From: Octopus sinensis
Lineage: Eukaryota
NCBI RefSeq assembly: GCF_006345805.1
Contig: NC_043000.1
Location: forward strand, 151,218,001 to 151,282,000
Length of the DNA stretch: 64,000 nt
Direction of reading: 5' to 3'
Below are positions 39,061-53,884 of this stretch, in pieces (the first letter of the stretch is position 1; each line of letters begins with the position of its first letter). The notes beneath the pieces are model-generated. The model was not told the origin of the DNA. It was given only the letters and a program-made list of their open reading frames with translations, and ran no database searches. The position numbers and the translations under genes are program-made.

Positions 39061-39174
39061 AGTCATAAATTGAAGAGTCAGTTAGTAGCAAGAGTTTTCC
39101 GTTTGCAAAAAAACTGAAGGGTCAGTTAGTAACAAGAGATTTTCATTTGCCCACAATTTTATATGTGTTAGGTA

Positions 39175-39229
<55 letters not shown>

Positions 39230-39244
39230 GTTGTTGTTGTTGTT

Positions 39245-39630
39245 ATATAACTGTTCGGCATTTGGTAGATCGAGGTAAATTTCTACCGCATCACCGTGTT
39301 GCTAGGGTGTGTGCAACATTGCGTCTTTTCTGTTGTTGGGAGTGTGCAAACTGTTCCCAGTACTGTATTGTGTTTGTTTTACTTTTCTCTCGAGGTGTCG
39401 AGCAGTCTTTTGTTATATTACTGCTTGTATTATGCACTGAGTGTGTAATGCATTAACTGGATTTTTTGGATTGCTGGTGGAAGTTTATTTCACTGGGTAA
39501 TTGCTGTATACAATGTCTTGTATTTGTGGGTTGTTTTGTTTAGGTTGTATTATTGGATTGATAGTGTTTTGCGTAGGATGTGGACTATTCCTAGCAGGGT
39601 TATTTTTTGGACGGACAATGTGTAGTGATG
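39245..39630 (-). mobile_element. R4/Dong-like LINE 3' end
   Basis: VQKITLLGIVHILRKTLSIQ* plus 3' UTR running into (AAC)n(AAT)n. Confidence 0.75.
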
Positions 39631-39665
39631 AGGATTCAGGTATAGCTTCTACGTTTATTATTAAA

Positions 39666-39880
39666 GCGGCGAGCGGGCAGAATCGTTACAACGCCAGGCG
39701 AAATGCTTATCAGTATTTCGTCTGTCGCTACGTCCTGGGTTCAAATTCCGCCGAGGTCGACTTTGCTTTTCATCTTTTCGGGGCCGATAAATTAAGTCCC
39801 AGTTGAACACGAGGGACGATGTAATTGACTCCTCCCCTCCATCAAAATGGCTGTCCTTGTGACAAAATTTTAAACCATTA
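39666..39880 (+). mobile_element. SINE family B, short-tail type
   Basis: Full head and central motif; tail ...ccttgtgacaaaattttaaacc(att)n. Confidence 0.85.
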
Positions 39881-39907
39881 TTACTTATTATTATTATTAT
39901 TATCATT

Positions 39908-40276
<369 letters not shown>

Positions 40277-40296
40277 CATTATTATTATTATTGTTG

Positions 40297-40345
<49 letters not shown>

Positions 40346-41179
40346 GGCGGTGAGCTGGTAGAGTCGTTAGCACACCAGGCAAAATGCTGTTGTTGTCGTC
40401 ATCGTCGTCATTATGGCTGATGATGCTGTTGCTGCTGCGGCTGCTGCTGCTGTTTTTGGCTCTGACAAGATGTATTAGGCATCGTTCCTGCATTTGAATT
40501 ACATTCTGCTGATTCTTTTGTTCAGAATTTGGATTTATCGATATTGTATCGCGTGGAACTATTGCATAGGAAGCTGAAAAGTTTATTTTATTGTTTTTAG
40601 CACGCACCATTTAGTTTAATCTGTTTACATTCAACATAAAACGCCACTGAAAGACAGAAGCAATCTCCATAGAAAGCAAAACCACCGAAAACATGCTGTC
40701 CAATTGAGTACATACATCTTCACACAAACAACGACGATGTCTCTCTGGATATTGATACTAATGAGAACGATTTCGACGTCGTTTTTTGTAATGAAAATAA
40801 CCACAACAGCAATAACAACATCTACAATAATACTTGCAAACAAGTACAGTTTTTTTTTTGTTCCAAACAAGGTTAATTTCCTATTTTTAACGATAGCAAT
40901 TGAAGGTAGGTGAACGGAATCGACATTTGTTAAAGTGATTTTGCAACAGACGAACTTTGAATATTTGGATGAAAGACACCAATGTGTTACTTAAAACAAG
41001 AGCACCTCTATTTTGACCCTCCAAAGAATTGCTGGGGGTCGTCCTCGCCTCTAACCTAAGAGAGATCTCTTAAATCGGGCGATAATGAGTATATGATACC
41101 TTATGTATTGTTTTTAAGACTAAGGATGGGGTGAAGAGAATTATTGTGTCACATCACTAAGCATAAAATAATCATATAG

Positions 41180-41706
41180 TAATTAACACATCCAACTTAA
41201 ATTGGTTGTGTTATTTAGAATGCCTTAAACTGCTGTATATGTCTACAGGTACCATCTCGTGTTGACGATACGTGGTAATTATGCACCAACTATAAAGGCT
41301 GATGAAATGATTGTCTGCACCGAAATGGATGTCAAACCATATCACGTGATTTCACCGTTACTGCGGATCATCGGCGATAGTTACCTACGCACGGCATTCC
41401 AGAACGAAAATCAGCCCAACCGATATCGTATATTAATGGCCAAACAGCCCATAAATTCATAAAAACCCGGTGGGATATGAATAAGTTAGCTATTACCAAC
41501 AGAAGCAGTGTTTATAACGAATAATAATTAGCACATCCAACCTAAATTGGATTTGTTGTTTAGAACGCCTTAAACTTCTGTTTATTCACAGAAATGCCAT
41601 CCCATGTTGACGATACGTGCTAATTAAGCACCGACAATATCGGTAGAAGAAATGATCGTCTGCACCAATGGATGGTACTTACGTATCGCGTGATTTCACT
41701 GTTACT
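41180..41706. repeat. diverged ~180-bp direct repeat pair
   Basis: 41180-41362 vs 41526-41706, roughly 75-80% identical by eye. Confidence 0.85.
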
Positions 41707-42454
41707 ATTTGTCAGAAAGCGTAACTATTTGTTAAGAAGCATAAACGATGATATTTTATTCGTTAATTTTCCGTTTATTTTTCGCATGGTAAATGTCTGC
41801 AAATTAACCACCGCCTTTTTTTAGGTTATGTGTCTGATCCTTGTGCTGAGAGCTGATTCTTGATTGTGTAAGCGATACTTCATCAAAGTTCTTTTTAATA
41901 TTAAATCAGTGCAATAAACAGAAAGAATTGCTCATGAAAAGTGCACAATGAAATATGATCTTACATAATGTCTGTTAATCTGGAACTCTGGTGCATAATC
42001 CCAGCAAGTAAGTAAACTTAAGGAAGTACAGCTATTGTAGAAACAACGAAACGGCTATAACAGATTTAAACTCACAATTCCTGAGTTAGGGTCTAATACA
42101 AAACTCAATCAGCCTTGCTTCCCACTCAGCAATATTTTACAATCCCTAAGCCCAGCCTCCGGTGGTGTCTCTTCATCACAATACCTCCATTGTGCCTCAC
42201 TCAATTTACTAAACACTTTGTCCAATCCTTTTCATTCAGAAATTTATCCATTTCGTAGGACCGTTATATGTATATATCATCACACTAAGCTATTAACTAA
42301 CGTGCAGCCATTTATATTAGGCCTCAATTAACCTCTTCTCATTCAGATATCCCAATCGACAGGACAAAGACACCTTTAAAAAGTCCATGAAGACTTCCCA
42401 CCTCTTCAAATTAACGAATAAAATGCATGCGAATGTTAATATTATTAGTGTTTT

Positions 42455-42455
42455 A

Positions 42456-42492
<37 letters not shown>

Positions 42493-42536
42493 TATTATTA
42501 TTATTATTATTATCGTCGTCGTCGTCATCGTCATCG

Positions 42537-42594
<58 letters not shown>

Positions 42595-42620
42595 TATCAT
42601 CATTATTATTATCATTATTA

Positions 42621-42654
<34 letters not shown>

Positions 42655-42670
42655 GTCGTCGTCGTCATCG

Positions 42671-42710
<40 letters not shown>

Positions 42711-42752
42711 ATCATCATCATCATCATTATCATCATTATTATTATTATATTA

Positions 42753-42783
<31 letters not shown>

Positions 42784-42794
42784 TATTATTATTA

Positions 42795-42870
<76 letters not shown>
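42455..42870. repeat. compound (ATT)n/(ATC)n microsatellite
   Basis: Directly visible; source of ORF 42387-42959. Confidence 0.95.
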
Positions 42871-43529
42871 TCTCAAATTGTAAATCGTTTAATTATATAT
42901 CGGTAGAGGAACTTTGTGAAAATCTGTTACTGGCACACGTGAAGGATGGGCTTTTATGAATTTATTGAAACCTTACTTGTATTAAAACTTACTTGCAAAC
43001 CATGAAGATTGCCGATTTGTAAAGCGTTCCGACCACTTAATTAATCATATTGTTGCTATCTATGGTTACATATGTTATCCAAGTAAAAATAACGATTCAT
43101 TAAATGCTAACAAATGTTAAACGTATATCTTGTTTTAGTTCTGATTATTGAAGTAAGCGAACTATTTCTTAAGCTGTTGTCTCGCCATTTAAAATTTAGA
43201 AATGTAATCTAATGGTCACACAGAAATATTTCTTAAAGTTTTACCTTTCACACGTGTATTGAGGGTTGCACACTCCTGATCAACAGTATTCACTTAAAAA
43301 TAAACATTAACAACAGACGGTCTGATTTTATAATGCAAAGGTTTATTCCGGTCCTAAGATTTTGTAAAAATCAGAGGAGAATGAAATCAAAAGCAACACA
43401 TGCTGGGAAATGATATAAATAAGAGATGGCTCAGTAAGATAAGTCCAACCGTACCTGTTTGTCACCATCTGCTTTCCACTTCTGCAAAAATATTATAACT
43501 CTTTTATAATAAACTAAACGTATTGGTTC

Positions 43530-43912
43530 TCTTTTACTCTTTCACTCTTTTACTTGTTTCAGTCATTTGACTGCGGCCATGCTGGAGCACCGCATTAGTC
43601 GAGCAAATCGACCCCAGGACTTATTCTTTGTAAGCCTAGTACTTATTCTATCGGTCTCTTTTGCCGAACCGCTAAGTTACGGGGACGTAAACACACCAGC
43701 ATCGGTTGTCAAGCGATGTTGGGGGAACAAACACAGACACACAAACATATACACACGCATACATACATATATACGACGGGCTTCTTTCAGTTTCCGTCTA
43801 CCAAATCCACTCCCAAGGCTTTGGTCGGCCCGCGGCTATAGTAGAAGACACTTCAGTGGGACTGAACCCGGAACCATGTGGTTGGTAAGCAAGCTACTTA
43901 CCACACGGCCAC
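43530..43912 (-). mobile_element. SINE family A
   Basis: Near identical to other A copies, with a small internal deletion. Confidence 0.92.
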
Positions 43913-44276
43913 AGTGAATGTTTAATATATCACAACTCATTCAATTATTAGTTTTTGTTAAAATCTTGTCTTTTCATTGCTTCTTTTTATTTTACAATCT
44001 TTTTTAATGTATTCCCTGTTAGATATCATTTGTCAACGATGTAGACATAACAAACTCGGTTTAACCGAAGGGTATTTTATAAACTTAAAACATAGTTTTG
44101 CTGTAGAATGAACGAAGGAATTATACCCCAAAATGCTCTTTTCATTAGAGATATCGAACGGAAAGCAATCTTCACTCTTATTGAAACCCTCGTTAGAGTT
44201 CGCTTAATTCAGTCGATGAGTTGTTGAGTTCAGTACCGAGTCAATCATTTATTCCTCTACATTCTAAACAAATAAT

Positions 44277-44668
44277 GGATGGGGATGGAAGCACTCCGTC
44301 GGTTACGACGATGAGGGTTCCGGTTGATCCGAATCAACGGAACAGCCTGCTCGTGAAATTAACGTGTAAGTGGCTGAGAACTCCACAGACACGTGCACCC
44401 TTAACGCAGTTCTCGGGGATATTCAGCGTGACACAGAGAGTGACAAGGCCGCCCCTTTGAAATACAGGTACAACAGAAACAGGAAGTAAGAGTGAGAGAA
44501 AGTTGTGGTGAAAGAGTACAGCAGGAATCACCACCATCCCCTGCCGGAGCTAGTGGAGGTTTTAGGTGTTTTCGCTCAATAAACACTCACAACGCCCGGT
44601 CTGGGAATCGAAACCGCGATCCTATGACCGCGAGTCCGCTGCCTTAACCACTGGGCCATTGCGCCTCC
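44277..44668 (-). mobile_element. SINE family C, full length
   Basis: 13-bp TSD ctaaacaaataat (44264-44276 / 44669-44681). Confidence 0.92.
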
Positions 44669-45064
44669 CTAAACAAATAATACACTTAATAAGAATGACT
44701 TATAGAAGGCAATAATTGGGATTGAACCAAGCACCTCAGACTACCATCCTCTTATGTAAACGTTCACTGTCTAATAAAATAAAAATATTTTGTATTCACA
44801 GATTAAATTATTTTGTATTCAAAATTATTTAGGAAAATCAGCTTTTGAGACTGTGAGAAAGGCTTTATGCGAGTGCATGACCTGCTAGAAATAGCAGTCA
44901 AATCTCTTCCAAACTACTCTCTACCATCTTTAGAAAATATGCACATTAAGATGTTTAATTCTAGATTTACTAGAAGGCAGGAATTTCATGATTAGAATAC
45001 GTTTTTTCAGCTTAATCAACATAAGCATAAACTATGATCAAATCTGAGGGTGTAATATTGGCTT

Positions 45065-45480
45065 CTGTTTTTGGCACAAGGCTAGTAATTTCGGGTGAGC
45101 GGGTAAGTCGATTATATCGACCCCAGTAATCAACTGATACTTATTTTATCGGTTCTGAAAAGATGAAAGGTAGAGTCAACCTCAGCGGAATTTGAACTCA
45201 GAACGTAATAACTGATTAAAAGCTACTAGGCATTTTGCCCGGCATGCTAACGATTCTTATTTCTTTATTGCCCACAAGGGGCTAAACATAGAAGGGACAA
45301 ACAAGGACAGGCAAAGGGATTAAGTCGATTATATCGACTCCAGTTCGTAACTGGTACTTATTTAATCGACTCCGAAAGGATGAAAGGCAAAGTCGACCTC
45401 GGGGGAATTTGAACTCAGAACGTAGCGGCATACGAAATAAGCATTTCGCCCGGCGTGCTAACGATTCTGACAGCTCGCCA
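45065..45480 (-). mobile_element. SINE B long-tail copy nested in an older short-tail SINE B
   Basis: Repeated ggc.tgctaacgattct at about 45241 and 45452 around the inner unit. Confidence 0.85.
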
Positions 45481-48249
45481 CTTCCGAGAGTGTAATATCC
45501 TTTGTCCTGTCACTATATTGACTTTCATAACCAGATATATCCACCAATGAATGCTCGGCTGTATTGACTTTGTAATGTGACCACAGGGATCTAAGTTCCT
45601 CTTCTGACCATATGCACAACGAAAGTTGAATTGAACACTGAAAGATAACGAAGCAATCGTTGATTTTATAGTGATTCCTCTAATTACTGCAGCGAACCAT
45701 TATGACCTTTAATGTACTTCTTGTAATCGGATGGACCAAATTGATTAGAATTAAATTCATGATTACAGACAAAATACATTGTCAGCAAAGGAATACGAAA
45801 TTCAGAACTCCCTGAGAGTATAAAGGTTTTGAGTATAAAGGTTTTGTGATGTATGGCTATGAATCTGTGCTGATTGAGGAAGAGGACAGAGGGTGGGATT
45901 TTAGGAGATAAAGAGATAATTTGTCGATAAAACATAGTTGAAGATAATACCATAAAACAAGTATTCTTGTGGGACTCAAAAGTTCAACTGATTGCGGGCA
46001 CTTTTGGGATGCATCAGGTTCCAATATGAGAAATGGCAGGCAAGAAAAGTCGTGTGATGAGTGGGCGGGTAAAGGTTTGACTCAATGTAAGCGATGATCT
46101 AACTTCCCAATGATGGCGAGTTTCTCTAACTTGCTATGCGTAGTTATAAATTGTATTTCATTTAACTCTGTGTGTGTGCGCGTGCGTGTGTGTGAATTTT
46201 CATTTAATTATTTTGTACAATCACAAAATGAAAATATCAATATACTGCCCACCGTTTTAATCATTCCTTCCTTACACCGTGTCTTAACCCATTTTGTAGC
46301 ATGTTTTGCAAGTATAAATGGACTGTTAGCACGATCGTTACGGCGTCGAAACATTGACTTACAAAATTTGTCCGGATTTTTTACTCTCTAAGTTCAAATC
46401 CTGCTGAGGTTAACTTTCCTTTTCATTCTTCTGGGATCGTTAAAAGTGCTAGTCAAATACTGAGTCCAGTAGTATTGACGAACATCCTCCCCTAAAATTA
46501 CTGATCTTGTCCATAAAATAGACACCACTATAAATTTCGCATTGAAGGAACTTTTACCTAAAAGTGCATATTGCAAGACAGATCACATTTTAGATATGAC
46601 ACAATTTAAATTAGTCTATGCGGCGCCTGGTATTTCCTTTTTCTAAACCATACAAAACATTTACAGATGATCGTCAAAATAAAACAGATGTCTCCATTTT
46701 GAAAAGCTAGGTGGGTATTTTTCAATATAATTAATTAAAATAACAATTTCCCCACATGGAAAAATAAACATGTTTGTTTATTTATTTGTATGCTTTACAG
46801 AAACCCTTGTTGAACAAAAGAGTTTGTTTCAACCAGAAATACGCGTGAGATTTAACGAAGCTTTAAGCATGAAAACCTGTTTCCGATTTTTTTTTTTAGT
46901 TTTATTAATTCATTTTTAACTTTTTTTTTTTCACTTCTTTCTTTGGTGACCTTGCAAAGATAAGGCGTCGAGGGGTGACAATTAGCGGGCAATGATAAGC
47001 GTTGCCACACCCAGTTCATTGTGTTTATCACGGTTGGGACCAACAAACAACCCAGATTTCTATACTTTGTATTGCACCACTATGAGGGTGTGACAGTGTT
47101 CTTCCTTCCCTTTCTGCCGTTTGTCTTCGATGTTAACATGTTAACATTTACAGGTGCGAGGAATTGCCAATTAATGCAGATTGTCTCGCTGTAGACCAGC
47201 ACAAGGTATCAAAGTAAATAGACATTGATTGTACAGACGACTGGCCAACAACTATAGGATTCGGATATTAATGGACCCGGCACAGTATTTTCTGGGTACC
47301 TTATTCTATTATTTAAATATTTGCATTGGATAACTATGTACACACACACCACACATGCGCGTATGTGTCTATTAAGATGTGTTACACCTTAATTCATGTT
47401 TGTTTATGTATTAAACAGTTTATATTCTATGATAACGTTATATTATTATTCAATACTTGCATTGTGTCATTTGTCGCTTTGTTGCATTTGTAGCACATAG
47501 AGGAATAGTATTAATAATATCATTAATAATTATGGTAATACTTTCTTTGCTTCCCACCAAGAATGCATTCATATTATACAATAGATGAGCGTAGACATAG
47601 GGGCTGGAAAAGTAAAAGATGGAAAAGGTTATATAAAAACGAGAGAGAGAGAGGGGGAGAAAGATGTTATGCAACATATATAAGGGTATGTTAAAAATCT
47701 GAAATAAATTAAATGCATTGAATAACTTGGTAATTATACAGAAATATACAATTAAGAATATATAATTTTAAAAAACCCTAATGAGTAAATAGGGTGACCT
47801 AACCCACACATGAATGAACCTGGTCGAGTGAGAAGACAACATGAATCTGTCGGCCCGTAATTCGGTTTCTTAAACCCGAGTGCATCCAGAGGCACCCGTA
47901 AGCATTTTCTGCGTCGGTCATAACAAAAAGTATTCAACGTCCTCTGGTGTTGCTGTTTTCTGTAATGATAAATTATTGATACATCTTCACATTCTCTCTT
48001 TTACATGTCTTTTACAGGTAGTAAAACGACCCTAAATCTTCTGCCTCATACAATACATCGTCGTACTGGATTCTTAGGGACATCTTCTCGTCCACAGAAC
48101 CGTAAACTTCAGGTAGTTCGTGAAAGGTCTCCTCTTACAACGTCCTGAATATCTTCAGGCTTGGCTCACTTTTCCATTCTCTTTCTCTTCTTTTTCTAAC
48201 CATCCGCATCTGTATGTAGCTCTTCTCGAACCTCTATTTTCTCCTCATC

Positions 48250-48390
48250 GGCTTTGCCTTTCATCCTTTCGGGGTCGATAAATTAAGTACCAGTTACGCA
48301 CTGGGGTCGATGTAATCGACTTAATACCTATGTCTGTCCTTGTTTGTCCCCTCTGTGTTTAGCCCCTTGTGGGTAGTAAAGAAATAGGTA
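48250..48390 (+). mobile_element. 5'-truncated long-tail SINE B
   Basis: Central motif plus tail ending aaagaaataggta. Confidence 0.88.
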
Positions 48391-48559
48391 CTATTACTAC
48401 AAAGGCATTGCTTTTTTTTTTGCATTGATTACAAGGCTTAGCTCCGCAAAGGCATTACGGTTTTCTAAGATCGTTAGGACTTTTAAATCCATACTAACCC
48501 TCCAGATTACATGCTACATTTCATAGACTCTACTCTCACAACCTGCCCACATTGCGCTA

Positions 48560-50800
48560 TAAAGGTGACAACGATCCAAATGTCAACGTCACAGCCAATG
48601 TCTCTGAGTATCACTTTTAGTATGCGCTGACCCGACTATTATGATATGACTTATTGGTAGGTGTGTCTCGCATGAAATCTGCTTTTTGCCTCGCTTCGCA
48701 CTCGCTCCTGAAGATGTGACAGACAAAAGAAAAAAAAGGCAACTGAAAGAGGACTCGTCCAGTGTTTGGGGTGGTGCACTGCCCCAAATATTAATAGACT
48801 AATAGACTAATCAGGTAATTTTCCCTGAAGCCCAATATTTAGCTGTCGCTCTTACCTGCCACTAACGAATGTCGCCGCTTTTACCCGCCACTAACACTCT
48901 ACAGAAAGCCACTACTCACATTGTCAAACTGGCAGAGGTCTATAAGCACTTATAAACATTCTGGGTGCCAGATACCCTACATCGGTTTACATTTGATACA
49001 GGACTACATCCCTGTCGGATGCGAGCTGTAGAAAAGTGAGTCTGACAAATGGGGACCATACCTGTTCACTGTCAAGAAAACTTTGGAGATGCTGCATCCG
49101 CAGCACATGCTGCTCGTTAACAGCCAGTCCTCCAATCAACAGATGTTGACGGCAAAAGGATGATCTGTACAATGGAATGCATTCCATCTAAAGAAACGAA
49201 AGATCAGGCGCTCTAGGTGCAAGGCATGACTGAGGGAAGACACGACGGCCAGGTGATAACAAATAGCAGAGGCAATATATGCATTCGCCACCTCCGTCCG
49301 ACTTGTCAGGGATAGGCCCAGTTCTTCTCCACTTAGAGATTTGGACCAAATCAGACACCGAGCAATTTAACTGGACCGTCTTTCCTGCTCTTCTAATCTA
49401 CTTTAATCGCACTTAACTCCCTCTTAACTAATTCTCTAAGCTTGGCGCATTTGAAAAGGTACATTTAATTTCTAGTAACCGGGTTCCTGTAAATGCAGCC
49501 TGTCTTGATCGACTGTATAGATCACAAATTTATGATCCATATAGTCGGCGACTTTTCAGATCAATTGTATCTACCAATTCATCTTAATCATTTTCAAATT
49601 TTGGGTCCCTTTGGAAGTGCTTGACCTGAAGACCTCTTACTATCTTTCAATGTTCTCTTTTGTGCGATAAACGACGTCAGTTTTTGATTCAGCACGAAGT
49701 CTGAGCCGGTGTGATTTGTTGATGTGTTTGTATCGCTGACTGTTTGAGCTGTTCTTGTGTCTTTTCTTTTTGTTAAGTTAGTGTTGGAAGTGGTAGTGAA
49801 GTTGTTGTAGGTTTGACTGTTTCACGCGAGTGAGGTTTCAGTGATACTGCCGGGATTAAATGGTTCATTTAAGGTGGATATAGCTTTTTTAGAAAATTTC
49901 AGTGTTTCTCTTGTTAAATCTATTTGTTTGTCCCTTTTCGCAAGCTGAGATGTCCACTTCGCACAGATCCGATGCAAGTGGGGATAGGGGTATGTTTATG
50001 AGTGTGTCCATGTGTGTGTTTGTATGTGAAAAGGAGGAGAGGGAGGGTAAGAGAGAGGGAGGATAAGAGTAAAGAAGAGCACGGGAGATGGAGAGTAAGA
50101 GAAAGGGAGAGCACGAGAGATGGAGAGTAAGAGAAATGGAGAGCACGAGAGATGGAGAGTAAGAGAAAGGGAGAGCACGGGAGGAGTTGGTTTTCCTTGA
50201 GTTTTGTTTCTATTTTTGTGTCTGTCATTGTTGCTGGTGTTGGTACTGCCGTTGATGTTCTTGTCGCAGCTGCAGCAGCGGTTGATAGAGTGGCTGTTGC
50301 TTCTGTTGGTATTGTTATTAGTGTTTGTACTGCTACTGTAGTTCATTTTCTCTTCGGTGGTGCTACTGTCGCTGCTGCTGCTACTGCTAGTGTTGTTGGG
50401 ACTGTGATATCGGCAGAAAAAGAGAGCCTCGTCTCCCCTGTTTTTGCTGAAGGCAGAATGCTCTTACGTGGCCTTCGCACCACACAAGTGACAGCCTAGC
50501 CTTGTGCACCTGAACTGCTAATACGCTGATCCACTTCGCTGTGCAAGTGGATGAGGTCCGAGATCTTTTCTACATCCTCCGGTCTGACCAGGAGGAGGAG
50601 GATCTCTACTGTGAGCTCAAACCAAATCTCCCTCTCTACTTTGCCCCTCCCATATCATCTATATTTACCCATATTTATCTGAGAGCTCTTTCTAACTGGG
50701 CATGTGTTGCTGCTTCAAAACGTCGGGTTTCGCCGACACTCAGCGAACAATACCGTCTTCCATGCTGGAATGGCAACTTGAGCTCTCCTCCTATTTACCT
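48560..50800 (-). mobile_element. decayed Tx1-like LINE (ORF1 knuckle and ORF2 post-RT region)
   Basis: CHLCG/EGHVRAFC (CCHC, frameshifted) at about 50455-50495; LSLTSRTEVANAYIASAICYHLAV...LERLIFRF...CRQHLLIGGL at about 49100-49320; 32-bp tandem repeat x3 at 50077-50180. Confidence 0.75.
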
Positions 50801-50889
50801 TCTCAGGCTGTTTCACCTATATTAGGAAAAGTGAGAAGTATTGTGTTTATTTCGGCGCTATCACAACAAAAGATTGCCTGCCCGTAGGT

Positions 50890-51258
50890 CGCCCCAGTAC
50901 TCAATTGGTACATAGCGACGCCGGAATAACGAAAGGCAAGGTTTGAACTCAGAATGTAAAGACAGACGAAATACCGCTAGGCATATCGTCGGGCGTGCTA
51001 ATGATTCTGCCAGCTCGCCGTCATAATAACAATAATAATAATAAGGGTTTCAATTTTTGGCACAAGGCCAGTAATTTCTGGGGAGGGACTAAGTCGAATA
51101 CTTTGACCCCAGTGCTCAATTGGTACTTATTTTTATTAACCCCGAAAGGATGAAAGGCAAAGTTGACCTCGGCGGAATTTGAACTCAGAACATAAATACA
51201 AACGAAATTCCGCAAAGCATTTTGACCGGCATGCTAACGATTCTACCAGCTCGCTGCC
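50890..51258 (-). mobile_element. two SINE B copies in tandem
   Basis: Heads at about 51020 and 51258 on minus. Confidence 0.8.
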
Positions 51259-51335
51259 TTGATGATAACAACAACAACAAAAACAGCAGCAGCAACAACA
51301 ATAACAACAGCAACAACAACAACAACAACAACAAC

Positions 51336-51385
<50 letters not shown>

Positions 51386-51388
<3 letters not shown>

Positions 51389-51592
51389 TATTCAGACAAA
51401 TACATAACAAAAACACCAGGACTTAAGAAAATAAAGAAAATTGCACTACTAGGCACTGCACACATCCTACGCAGAACACTTTCCATACAATAACCATCAG
51501 AGCATCACAACATATCACAGCACGTACCCAGGGCACACAGAGCTGTGCTCTGTAGTGAAGTGAAAGCACGCTATAAAAATAAAATTACTGAA
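51386..51592 (+). mobile_element. R4/Dong-like LINE extreme 3' end in (TAA)n
   Basis: KYSDKYITKTPGL...KIALLGTAHILRRTLSIQ* plus short 3' UTR; (AAT)n on both sides. Confidence 0.8.
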
Positions 51593-51635
51593 TAATAATA
51601 ATGATAATAATAATAATATAATAATAATAATAATA

Positions 51636-51666
<31 letters not shown>

Positions 51667-52327
51667 AATAATAGTAATAATAATAATAATTAGCCGCAAG
51701 ATTGCATGGCACTAATTGTTGCACTAAAATGCTATGATATACACCACTGCTCAATTATCCATTGTGGCTTTTCTTTCTTCCTGAATCCATGTTTGTCTTT
51801 AATGTATCAGCGTCGGTTTGAGTTAAAATGTTCATCTAACGGAAACAGGAAATATCGTCTATAGACATACAAAGAATTTAAAACCAAACTTGTTTGCCTA
51901 GCTCTTGATTTGTACCGAGTGTCATTGAGGACAGTTTTGTTAATCTTTATAGTTAGAAATACCATTCGTAGCCAGGGTAATTAATACGAAATAAATTTAG
52001 AATTAAAAAAAACCTGCAGAAAGAAATTCAATTCACATTTACAGTTAAGCTGCAAACGGATTTGAGAAAAAAAGTGAATGCGTCACAGTACATAAATACA
52101 TACCTACATATGTATGTGTGTGTATATGTATGTGCATATATATTTGTTTGCGTGTGTGTATGTGTACATACCACCCCTTATACATACATATATACATACA
52201 CACACACACAACACATATATGCATATGTATGTATATATACATGACCACGTGACCGAGCAGGCTATCAAATGTTGTTACACATCGCTGGTCGTAATGCAGT
52301 TTTTAGTATATGTATATGATGTGTGTG

Positions 52328-52360
<33 letters not shown>

Positions 52361-52430
52361 ATTTATGTATATGTATTCATGTATACATTTATACACGTAC
52401 ACACACACATATATATGCATATATATATAT

Positions 52431-52530
<100 letters not shown>

Positions 52531-52611
52531 TTATGTATATCTATATATGTACATATATACACATATACATAATTATGTGTGTGTGTGAGTGTGTGCAAAT
52601 AAATATATAGA

Positions 52612-53089
52612 TATATATATATAAATATGGATCAAAACAGTTTGATTCAAATTCGTTGGTACTCTTGTGTTTCAAGTGTGATGTTAGTCGTCAGCTATTT
52701 TGAATTTGAATGACAAAAGTTGATTGTTATTACAGTAAGGTGGGCTGCGATTGATCGAGGAAGGTCATGCGCATGCGTGAGTATACACGCGCAAACAAGC
52801 GTTGGGGATTGGTAAGAGTTGAGGCTTGATATGCGTTGGGGGTTGATAAACATTGGGGATTGGTAATTGGCGGTCCTGCGCATGGGGTTTGTTGATAGTG
52901 GTGACCTTGGTGCAGGCGGTGCAGAGTAGTAGCTAGTGCTAAGGTGGTATATCCGGGATGTCGGCTGTCAGAGGCCTGAAATTTGCCAGAAGGGCATACC
53001 TCTGATGACAGCAATACGATAAATCGTATTTCTTGTTGACTGATACTGCAGGTTGGAGGATATGCAGTTTTTCGCGGAGGCAGAGCTAG
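52612..53089 (+). mobile_element. possible non-autonomous Helitron-like insert in (TA)n
   Basis: Starts tatatataaat, GC-richer body, ends gcggaggcagagCTAG; no second copy in the window. Confidence 0.3.
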
Positions 53090-53231
53090 CAGTATATATA
53101 TATATATAACCGTGACCGACCAGGCTATCAGTTGTTGTGAGACATCGCTGGTCACAATGCACTTCGCATTGTTTTAGCCTTCAAATGACGCCACCCCGCT
53201 GGCTAAGCGAGCAGGCCAATATATATATATA

Positions 53232-53626
53232 TACTCTTTTACTCTTTTACTTGTTTCAGTCATTTGACAGCGGCCATGCTGGAGCACCGCCTTTAGTCGA
53301 GCAAATCGACCCCGGGACTTATTCTTTTGTAAGCCCAGTACTTATTCTCTCGGTCTCTTTTGCCGAACCGCTAAGTAACGGGGACATAAACACACCAGCA
53401 TCGGTTGTCAAGCAATGCTAGGGGGACAAACACAGACACACAAACACACACACGCATATATATATATACGACGGGCTTCTTTCAGTTTCCGACTACCAAA
53501 TCCACTCACAAGGCTTTGGTCGGCCCGAGGCTATAGTAGAAGACACTTGCCCAAGGTGCCACGCAATGGGACTGAACCCGGAACCATGTGGTTGGTAGAC
53601 AAGCTACTTACGACACAGCCACTCCT

Positions 53627-53630
<4 letters not shown>
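53232..53630 (-). mobile_element. SINE family A, full length, in (TA)n
   Basis: Near identical to the reverse complement of 14854-15271. Confidence 0.93.
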
Positions 53631-53683
<53 letters not shown>

Positions 53684-53762
53684 ATAATAAATATTAGGGA
53701 ATAAATCCAAACTTACAGGGAAAAATAAGATTTAGGATTGAATCCAATTTATAGTAAAATAT

Positions 53763-53884
53763 TATATTATATAAATTAGAGATAAAACCACTATTATGCA
53801 AATCAAACAAAGAAAGACTTAATCCAATACATAAATTAAGTCTTTCTTCGTTTGATTTGCGTAATAGAGGTTTTGTCTCTAATT

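Noticed and set aside
50152-50499. Hydrophobic 115-aa ORF resembling a membrane protein
   Set aside because: Antisense to the T/A/Q-rich low-complexity tail of the Tx1-like ORF1.
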